NCBI GenBank assembly: GCA_951406725.2
Contig: OX597830.1
Location: 66,588,001-66,652,000, forward strand
DNA from: Octopus vulgaris
Lineage: Eukaryota
DNA length: 64,000 nucleotides
Direction: 5' to 3'
A program made the translations under genes and the position numbers. Shown here in pieces: positions 54,246 through 64,000 of this stretch (position 1 is its first letter; every line of letters begins with the position of its first letter). The notes beneath the pieces are model-generated. The model saw only the letters and a program-made list of their open reading frames with translations. It did no database searches and was not told where the DNA came from.

Positions 54246-54775
54246 TATATATATGGGTGTGTGTGTCTGTGTTTGTTCTGTATCACCACTTAACAACCAG
54301 TGTCAGTTTGTTTACATCCCCTCCAGCAAAAGAGACTGAAATAATGAAGTACCAGACCCTAAAAGAAAATAATTACTGGGGGGTCAATCTTATCGACTAA
54401 ACCCTTCAAGCCAGTGCCCCAGAATGGCTGCAGTTCAATTATAGAAACAAGTGAAAGAGAATAGACATAAAGAAAAAAGAAAAAAAACAATAGCAAAAAA
54501 AAAATCCATCTTTCATGCGAGAATGCTGCTGTTTAAGCCATTTTATCAACCTCATCAGAGATGGAAGGCTAAGTGTCAACCTTGGGAAGATTTGAAATTA
54601 TAACTGGGCAATTATCCAGTGCAGTGTTTTATTTAGCATTAAGCTCCGCAATAACTGTCCCGCCCTAAACAACAGCAACAACAGACGTCGATGGCATGAA
54701 TTTTTGCATAACTGTGTGATGACTGCTTGATTGAAAAAAAAAAAACCTATCATGGTCTTGTGAATTCATTTGCAT

Positions 54776-54836
54776 TACTGCTACCACAACCACCACCACC
54801 ACCACTACCACCACAACCACCACTACCACCAAACCC

Positions 54837-54876
<40 letters not shown>

Positions 54877-55016
54877 TTGTTAGAGTTAGACATGACTTCG
54901 ACAAAGTCTCCTGTAGTAGTAGTAGTGGTGGTGGTGGTGGTGGTGGTGGTGGTGGTGGTGGGGGTGAGGGTGGTGGTGGTAGTAGTGGTGGTGATGGTAG
55001 TAGAAGTAGTAGCAGT

Positions 55017-55048
<32 letters not shown>

Positions 55049-55122
55049 TAGCAGTAGCAGTGGTGGTGGTGGTGGTGGTGGTTGTAGTAGTAGTAGTAGC
55101 AGTAGCAGCAGCAGTGGTGGTT

Positions 55123-55186
<64 letters not shown>

Positions 55187-55205
55187 CAGCAGCAGCAGCA
55201 GCAGT
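54776..55205. repeat. Compound trinucleotide repeats (ACC, CTG, GTG, GTA, GCA)
   Basis: Direct reading. Confidence 0.9.
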
Positions 55206-55292
55206 TGTGTATTTGTGGTTGTAGGCTTTAGGGAAATTCTGGTGAGTTGAAAATTCAACAGTGTTTTGGTTACAGTTCAACATATGAAATAC

Positions 55293-55525
55293 TATTTCTT
55301 TATTGCCCACAAGGGGCTAAACATAGAGGGGACAAACAAAGATAGACAAAGGGATTAAGTCAATTACATCGACCCCAGTGCATAACTGGTACTTAATTTA
55401 TCGACCCCGTAAGGATGAAAGGCAAAGTCGACCTCGGTGGAATTTGAACTCAGAACGTAACGGCAGACGAAATACTGCTAAGCATTTCGCCTGGTGTGCT
55501 AACGTTTCTGCCAGCTCACCGCCTT
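55293..55525 (-). mobile_element. SINE family B, full length
   Basis: Reverse complement of B with tail 1. Confidence 0.9.
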
Positions 55526-56141
55526 CAATGTATGAAACACATTGACTTCAGTTATGCTACCCCTGTCCTTGTGAAAGGGATGACTGTTGCATAATCTCAT
55601 TATTTTTTTGTTTAAGAGTAAAATTATGCCTAAGTTATAAATCAATATTAACTGTAATTGCAGCACAGGCCTGGCTGTGTGGTTAAGAAGCTTGTTTTGC
55701 AGTTACCTGCTTTTAGGTTCAATCCCATTGCATGGGACCTCAGGCAGGTGTATTCCACAGCCTCAGGTCAACCAATGCCTTGTGAGTGAATTTGATAGGT
55801 AGAAACTATGTGGAAGCCCATATATATATGTGCTTGTGTGTTTCTCTCCCAAACACTGCTTGACAACTGACGTTGGTTTGTTTACACCCCTGTAACTTAG
55901 TGGTTCAACAAAAGAGGCTGATAGAATAAGTAACCAACTTAAAAATAACTACAGTGGCCCAGGATGGCTGCAGTTCAATAACTTTGAACAGGTAAAAGAT
56001 AAAAAAAATAATGAAGTGAAATGTCTGCATTCTGATGGTAAACACCTGGGACAACACTGGTGCTAGTCTGTATTATCTGCATTTACTGTTTCCTTGGAGA
56101 GCATCAATGGGTGAGAGAGGGTTACTTACTTGCATGTGAGT

Positions 56142-56524
56142 GGAGGCGCAATGGCCCAGTGGTTAGGGCAGTGGTTAGAGCAGCGGACTCGCGGTTTCAA
56201 TTCCCAAACCGGGCATTGTGAGTGTTTATTGAGCGAAAACACCTAAAGCTCCACAAGGCTCCGGCAGGGGATGGTGGTGATCCCGGCTGTACTCTTTCAC
56301 CACAACTTTCTCTCACTCTTACTTCCTGTTTCTGTTGTACCTGTGTTTCAAAGGGCCGGCCTTGTCACTCTCTGTGTCATGCTGAATATCCCCGAGAACT
56401 ACGTTAAGGGTACATGTGTCTGTGGAGTGCTCAGCCACTTACACGTTAATTTCACGAGCAGGCTGTTCCGTTGATCGGATCAACCGGAACCCTCGTCGTC
56501 GTAACCGATGGAGTGCTTCCAACA
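56142..56524 (+). mobile_element. SINE family C, full length with TSD
   Basis: GGAGGCGCAATGGCCCAGTGGTTAGGG head; ACTTGCATGTG at 56128-56138 and 56525-56535. Confidence 0.9.
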
Positions 56525-57129
56525 ACTTGCATGTGGAACAACTGCAAGGGTATTACTTTATTTTAATATGCTTCTAAGAATCTAGCATCAAGAGGAGAAA
56601 ATCTGTAAACATTTCCATACCAGTTCTAAACATTCTGAAGAATCCTGAAGAATAAAATGCAACCTACTCTTTGAGACATTTGAAATGAGTTGCTTTAAGA
56701 AAATGGCTGATTCAGTCTCTATGAAGCTATCTTTTTTTGTTCCTTATGTCTTTTTTTCTCTCTATCTGTCTCTTACACAATTCACTAATATCGTGTTTGT
56801 CTCCAAAAAGCTTAACCATTTATTACCCTTTTTTGCATTCCTCTACTTCAGTGTTGTGTATTCTCACGAATATTAATATCTTCCAATCCAATAGTCAAAC
56901 AGTTAATTCATGCCAGTTGCAGTTCTCTCTGACGCTGATCCAAGACAGTCTTCTATGCTATGTCCCTATAAAAAAAAGCTAGTTTTTGTTGTTATTGTTG
57001 GAAAGAAAATGTCAAAGCTTCCCGTACGACATATTTCGTGTCACAAACAGTAAAAGCTGACTATGACCAGCTTGTATGAAGCTTCCATATGAAAGCTGGT
57101 TTTGTTGCTGTGGTTGTTGCTGTTGTTTG

Positions 57130-57246
57130 TTCCGGGTTCAGTCCCACTGCTTGGCATCTTGGGCAAGTGTCTTCTGCTATAGCCCCGGGCCGACCAAAGC
57201 CTTGTGAGTGGATTTGGTAGACAGAAACTGAAAGAAGCCTGTCGTA

Positions 57247-57325
<79 letters not shown>

Positions 57326-57967
57326 GTGTGTATGTGTTTGTGTGTCTGTGTTTGTCCCCCTAGCATTGCTTGACAACCGGTGCTGGTGTGTTTACGTCCC
57401 CGGTACTTAGCGGTTTGGCAAAAGAGACTGGTAGAATAAGTGCTGGGCTTACAAAAAAGAATAAGTCCCGGGGTCGATTTGCTCGACTAAAGGTGGTGCT
57501 CCTGCATGGCCGCAGTCAAATGACTGAAACAAGTAAAAGAGTAAAAGAGTATATCTTTCATCTTTTATTTTTTACTTGTTTCAGTCATTTAGACTGGGGC
57601 CATACTGGAGTGCTGCCTTGAAGGGTTTTAGTCAAACAGACTGACCCCAGGACTTATTATTTTTTTGAAGCCTACTGCTCATTCTGTCAGTCTGTTTTGC
57701 TGAACCACTAAGTTACAAGGATGTAAACACACCACCACCAGTTGTCAAGCAGTTGTAGGGGACAACCATGGACACAGAGAATACACACACATAGATATAT
57801 ACATACATACATACATATATATATATATATGATAGGCTTCTTCCAGTTTCCACTCATAAGGCTTTGTTGGCCTGAGGCTATAGTAGAAGACGTTTGCCCA
57901 AAGTGCCACACAGTGAGACTGAACCTGGAACCATGTGGTTGAGAAGCAAGCTTCTTACCACACAGCC

Positions 57968-57968
<1 letters not shown>
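57130..57968. mobile_element. Tail-to-tail inverted pair of SINE A (57130-57550 plus; 57560-57968 minus)
   Basis: A tail GTCAAATGACTGAAACAAGTAAAA is followed within about 20 bp by TTTTACTTGTTTCAGTCATTT. Confidence 0.85.
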
Positions 57969-58008
<40 letters not shown>

Positions 58009-58269
58009 AGGCCTAGGTATGGGTATATGGGTAGGAAGCTCACTTTTGGAATTACATGGTTTCAGGTTCAATTCCACAGCATGACAGCTTGAGCAAGTAT
58101 CTTCTACAATAGTCTCAGGTCAACTGTGCTTTGTGAGTGGATTTGGTAAACAGAAACTATGTGGAAGTCATGGTTTCAGGTTCAATACCACACAGTCCCG
58201 TGAGTAGTTAATCATCTTAATAGATATCTTTGAGAATGTTTGTTGTTGTTGTTCTTTCAACCTGATCTT

Positions 58270-58950
58270 GAGTGGTTGATTGGCAGAACTGCTTAAGCAT
58301 TGGGCAAAATGCCATGTGCTGTTTAGTTACATATCTGTACATCCTGAGTTCAGATTCCATCAGGTTCAACAATGTTTCTTATCTTTCCAAAGTTGGTAAA
58401 ATAAGTACCAAACTTTATAGTTTTTACTCACAAGTATGACTTGGTAGTATGTAAATACCATGTGGTGGTCAGTTACATATCAGTATGTTCTGAGTTCAAA
58501 TTCCATCCAGATCAACCTTGCCTCTTATCTTTCCAACGTTGCGAAATAAGTACAAAACTTTGTAAATTCATAAAAAAGAATAAATTACCATAGTTTTCAC
58601 TCACAAGCATGACTTGGTGGCATATAAATATCATGTGGGTTTTAGTTACATATCTGTACATTCTATGTTCAAATTTCATCAGGTCCAGCTTTGCCTCTTG
58701 TTTTTACAAAGTCAGTAAAATTAGTATCAAAATTTGTAGACTCATAAAAAAATAAATAACCATATCATGACTTGGTAGTATGTAAACACCATGTGGTATT
58801 TAGTTACATATCAGTACATTCTGAGTTCAAACTCTTCCAGGATCGACTTTGCCTCTTATCCTTCCACTGTCAGTAAAATAAGTACCAAAATTTGTGGACT
58901 CATTTAAAAAATAAACAGTTACCACTTACAAACATGACTTGATAGCATGT
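58270..58950 (+). repeat. Four-unit tandem repeat (about 147-173 bp) derived from SINE B
   Basis: Units start near 58311, 58458, 58631 and 58789; each has AGTTACATATC..GTTCAAA-like B box..AAGTA and ATGACTTG. Confidence 0.8.
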
Positions 58951-59275
58951 ACTGTGCCTTTTGCTAAGTATTTTAGGTACCTTTATAGTTACAAGCCCTT
59001 CCATTCATTGACTCAACAGGATAGGAGCATGAAGAGTGTGACAGTTGGCGGGAGCAAGGATTGCAGCAGTGCTAGGCTGGTATTTACTTTCAACTGAATA
59101 GACTGGAGGAGCAACGTGGAATGTAGTACATTGCTCATGGACACAACATGATGCCCAGTCCAAGAATTGAACCGATAACTTTATGATCATGAGCCCAACA
59201 CCTTAATCCTTTCTAGACCATGTGCTCTTGTACTGTAACCTCACGCCCATGTTGTAAATCAGTATAATTCACATA

Positions 59276-59460
59276 GGTGCAGACATGGCTGTGTGGTAAG
59301 AAGTTTGCTTCCCAACCACATGGTTCTGGGTTCAGTCCCACTGTGTGGTACCTTGGGCAAGTAAGTATTTTCTAGTATAGCCTCGAGTCAACCAAAGTCT
59401 TGTGAGTGAATTTGGTTGATGAAAACTGAAAGAAGCCCATGGTGTGTGCGTGTGTATGCG

Positions 59461-59501
<41 letters not shown>

Positions 59502-59781
59502 TACTGTGTGTGTGTGTATGTGTATGTTACTGTGTCTTTGCTTTGACATTGTTTGATAGTTGTGAGTGTCACCATCATGTCCTTCATGTGGTGTCCTTCA
59601 TGTTTGGTATTCTGCAAAAACATGCCTGGTCATGGGGAAATATTAACTTACTTGGAAACAGGTGAAGGTTGGTAACAGGAGGGGCATCTGGCCATGGAAT
59701 ATCTTGTTTCAGCAAATTTCATCTGACCTACATGAGCATGGTAATGATATGGACGTTAAAACATTGCCAAGAATGATGATC
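59276..59781 (+). mobile_element. Hybrid SINE: A head with RTE-type tail
   Basis: A head to GAAAGAAGCCC, (TG)n, then GGTTGGTAACAGGAGGGGCATCTGGCC..CATGAGCATGG..GGACGTTAAA..GATGAT. Confidence 0.7.
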
Positions 59782-60280
59782 TCTAAACAGTAAATTATCC
59801 AGTACGTGGTCATTAGGCGCAACTGTGTGGATGCTTATGATTTGGCGTAACTGATTGGAGATTCAACCTCTTTTGGCAACAGTAAATCTTCTTGGAACTG
59901 GAGATGTGCGCTTGCACACACACACACACATACACATACACACACACACACAAATGCATGCATGCAAAAATATATACATATAGATACAGAGAATGAGAAG
60001 GCAAGAATGAAGGAAATATTAACACTTAAACATTTAAAGCAACCTTATCCTGTCAGAATATTTTACTTGCTTTAAGTTCAAACCAGCCAGATTCAGCTTC
60101 TCACTCCTACCCTACAATGTCATTCTAGAAATAAACGATCACATCATAAAAATCTCAAGGCTATGAGATAATACATGATCAGTTCGAAGCAATGGGGATA
60201 GATAAGCATTACGTTTGACAGAGTAATCAGAATGCTATGGGATTAAAACGGTTTGACGTCAAATAAGCCAACAATGAAAC

Positions 60281-60716
60281 ATCATCATCATCATCGTTTA
60301 ACGTCCGCTTTCCATGCTAGCATGGGTTGGACGATTTGACTGAGTACTGGCGAACCAGATGGCTGCACCAGTCTCCAATCTTGATTTGGCGGAGTTTCTG
60401 CAGCTGGATGCCCTTCCTAACGCCAACCACTCCGAGAGTGTAGTGGGTGCTTTTACATGCCACCGTCACAAGGGTCAGTCAGGCGGTACTGGCAACGGTC
60501 ACGGAAAATTGTGTTTTTTTTTTTTTACGTGTCACCTGCACAAGCACCAGTAAGGCAACGCTGGTAACGATCACGCTCGAATGGTACTTTCCACAGTTAG
60601 CCGCTCTGGCAATGATCACGCTCGGATGGTGCTTTTAGTGTTCCACTAGCACAGATGCCAGTCATCGAATTTTATTTCGATTCTGATTTCACTTGCCTCA
60701 ACAGGTCTTCGCAAGC
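60281..60716 (-). mobile_element. RTE-type 3' UTR (family D)
   Basis: (CAT)nCGTTTAACGTCCGCTTTCCATGCTAGCATGG.., modules, and TTTCACTTGCCTCAACAGGTCTTC shared with the 32.6-kb copy. Confidence 0.85.
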
Positions 60717-61447
60717 AGTATCCAGATGTTGCTAAATGGACAACACCAAAACACTTGTGCCAAAATGTCTCATGCCTGCAATTATCTATCATTGAGCAAC
60801 AGTACAAACAAACTATCCAACAATGACCGAATGAGCTGTGTTATCAAAATACTAATTTTAAGTTGAAGAAATATATTCCTTTAAAATTTGACATTTCTTA
60901 CATAGAATTAACTTAATATTGGTTTCTTCCCCGTGGACTGTTTCAAATTAATTTAATTTCAGAGCTACTCTTGTAGTTTCTTGAATATATTTACCAAATC
61001 ATTTACAATAAACAAATGTTTTATTTCAATGATTAAATATTTTTTTCCTTCATTTTGCATTTTATTTTTTCTTTCTGATGTGGGTCAAACCAATATGTAA
61101 ATTCGGGATTTTAACGAGATTTTACTAATGATTAATGGAAATGGAATTTGTGTTTATTTTCGTCTTGGTAGTCTGAGGAAAGACATGGTTCAGTTCCTAC
61201 TCTTTTACTCTTTTAATTGTTTCAGTCTTTGGACTATGACCATGCTGGAGCACTGCTTTTGGAGTTAATCAAACAAATCGACTCCAAATCTAATACTTAT
61301 TCTATCAATCCTTGTTGTCAAACTACTAAGTTATAGGAATGTAAACAAACCAACACTGATTATCAGGTAGTGGGAGATGACAAACACAAAGACATACATA
61401 CATACATACATACATACATACATACATACATACATACATACATACAT

Positions 61448-61480
<33 letters not shown>

Positions 61481-62172
61481 TACATACACACACACATACA
61501 CACACACACTCACATACATACATACATACATACATACATACATACATACATACATACATACATACATACATACATACACATACATACATACATACATACA
61601 TACATACATACATACATACATACATAACATACATACACACATACATACATACATACACACATACACACACACACACTCACATACATACATACATACATAT
61701 ATATACATACATACATACATACATACATACATACATAAGCATGGCTGTATAGGTAAGAAACTCACTCTGCAACCATGTGCACCTAGGTTCAGTCTGACTA
61801 TAGAGCACCTTGGGCAAGTGTCTTCTAGTTTAGCCCTGGGTCAACCAAAGCCATGATATGTGAAGCCCATTATATACATATATTAAGAGCAAAAATGCTA
61901 GTCAGAATTTTGAATAATTATTTGGTCGGGGCTTTCATTTCATTTCCAATATGGAATGAAAGTGCTAAATGAATAATTATCCAAAATGCTGACTACTTCC
62001 TTTTCCTTGGTATGTATAAAATATGTACACTGCTTCAAACAACACACACGCACACACATGCACACACATACACATTTATATATATTTACAGGGTGGCCCA
62101 AAATTTGCTCTACCATTTAATACATGTAAATATATTAAATGTTTGTTTGAATTTTCGACCATACGGCATGCA

Positions 62173-62211
<39 letters not shown>

Positions 62212-62215
<4 letters not shown>

Positions 62216-62408
62216 TCATCATCATCATCGTTTAACGTCCGTTTTCCATGCTAGCATGGGTTGGACGGTTCGACCGGGGTCTGGGAAGCCAGGAGGCTCT
62301 ACCAGGCTCCAGTCTGATCTGGCAGTGTTTCTTACAACTGGATGCCCTTCATAACGCCAACCACTCCGTGAGTGTAGTGGGTGCTTTTTACATGCCACCG
62401 GCACATAA
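62212..62408 (-). mobile_element. RTE-type 3' tail (family D)
   Basis: Same tail motif as the other D copies. Confidence 0.85.
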
Positions 62409-63037
62409 ATGTATATATATATACATGTACATCCACACATATGTATATGTATGTGTATTTATGTTTGATTTTGTTCTCCACCACTGCTTGTCAGCTGGTG
62501 TTGGTTTGTTTATGTCCCTGTAACTTGATACTTCAGCAAAAGTAATATTGTACCTCTGCCCATTCGTGTTCTTTTTTTAATACCTACATCACCCTTAGAA
62601 CCTACTGTGAGTTGGATTTATGGTTTAAATTGTATTTGGTACCTAAATATCTACTGCATCCTACCAACACTTAATATCTTCATTGTTGTTTGACCTCACT
62701 GTAAACCCTGCGTTATTGTGCCGAGCCATTTTTCGCATCCTATTGAATCCTATAACTGATCTATACACACACACATGCACATACACATGATAGGCATCTA
62801 CAGTTTCCATTTATAGATATGTGTGTGTGAGCAATATTTCACCTTGGCTTGTATAAACATATATGTATGTATGTATCTATGCATGTATGTATGTATATAT
62901 GTTGTTTGTTTGTTCCTTCTCAAACCATGCCTGGCTCATAAGGGCCGGTTTCCCAGTTTCCTTGGCGTATAGGTTCCCCACCTGGATGGGATGCCAGTCT
63001 GTCGCAGTATATATGTACATATGTATGTATGTATGTA

Positions 63038-63083
<46 letters not shown>

Positions 63084-63350
63084 CATATATATGTGTGTAT
63101 GTATGTAAACATAGCATTTCATGCTATGTATAACATAGTATTTTTAATGCTCTAAAAGAGTTTTGCAGTTTTAGAGATTGTTAAGCTTTTGAGACTATAG
63201 TATGAATTATGTAATTTTCCTCTATATCTAATGGTGTCTCAGCTTGGTCACATCCCTTGGGCTGATACCAAAAGAACGGAATATATATGTGTGTGTGTAT
63301 ACACTTACACACATACACTCACGTTAATGTGCGTGTTTCGTATATAATAT

Positions 63351-64000
63351 CAGGCTGAGTAAAAAGTAAGCAATGTTCTGAAACATGAAATTCGTCACAA
63401 TATATTTCAACAATGCAGAAATTTTATTCATCAAATAAGTACCGTTACAATCAACACATTTTTTACCAATGAGTTACTAGTTGCAGGAGTGGTTGTGTGG
63501 TAAGTAGCTTGCTTACCAACCACATAGTTCTGAGTTCAGTCCCACTGCGTGGCACCTTGGGCAAGTGTCTTCTACTATAGCATCGGGCCGACCAAAGCCT
63601 TGTGAGTGGATTTGGTAGACGGAAACTGAAAGAAGCCCATCGTATATATGTGTTTGTGCCCACAACATCGCTTGACAACTGATGGTGGTGTGTTTACGTC
63701 CCCATAACTTATTGATTCAGCAAAAGAGACCGATAGAATAAGTACTAGGCTTACAAAGAATAAGTCCTGGGGTCGATTTCCTCGACTAAAAGGCAGTGCT
63801 CCAGCATGGCCGCAGTCAAATGACTGAAACAAGTAAAAGAGTAAAAGAGAGTAAAGAGTTGGTATATTTTAGTAACATGAAAATTTGGAGTTCTGGAGAT
63901 GATGAACTCTTTGAATGCACTTTCAGTATCGGTTTGATTTTTGAACTCCGCCTCTCACAGGAAACCATCAAGGTGCTTGAAACATTGGTAGCCGTTAGGA
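63351..64000 (-). mobile_element. Mariner remnant (Hsmar1/cecropia-like C-terminus) split by SINE A
   Basis: Minus strand reads YQCFKHLDGFL*EAEFKNQTDTESAFKEFIISRTPNF..IYQ, resuming after the SINE as LVTHW..CVDCNGTY. Runs off the window end. Confidence 0.8.
63483..63857 (+). mobile_element. SINE family A inserted in the mariner
   Basis: A consensus, with AGTTG on both sides. Confidence 0.9.

Noticed and set aside
54665-55310. Mucin-like or poly-T/L/V protein
   Set aside because: Compound trinucleotide repeat open in several frames with no convincing exon boundaries.

Overview
AT-rich eukaryotic DNA, dense in microsatellites and transposons, with no recognisable host protein-coding gene. The repeat content suggests a coleoid cephalopod, probably Octopus (inference). 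Nearly all ORF-track entries are translations of (TA)n, (TACA)n or trinucleotide runs. The real content is: three tRNA-headed SINE families in dozens of copies (called A, B and C here); RTE-clade LINE 3' ends with (GAT)n tails; a 2.7-kb 5'-truncated CR1-like LINE with one premature stop; two R4/Dong-like endonuclease fragments sitting in (TAA)n tracts; several mariner/Tc1 remnants; and two non-autonomous Helitrons. The most interesting signals are: a type I hammerhead-ribozyme-like fold at about 38.9 kb; palindromes carrying hammerhead-like GAAAC...GTH half-motifs, one of them split by the LINE; a SINE/LINE pair sharing a covarying 3' hairpin; a SINE head that switches between CR1-type and RTE-type tails at an internal microsatellite; and RFX X-box motifs near candidate non-coding exons. 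All coordinates were read by eye and repeat ends are approximate.
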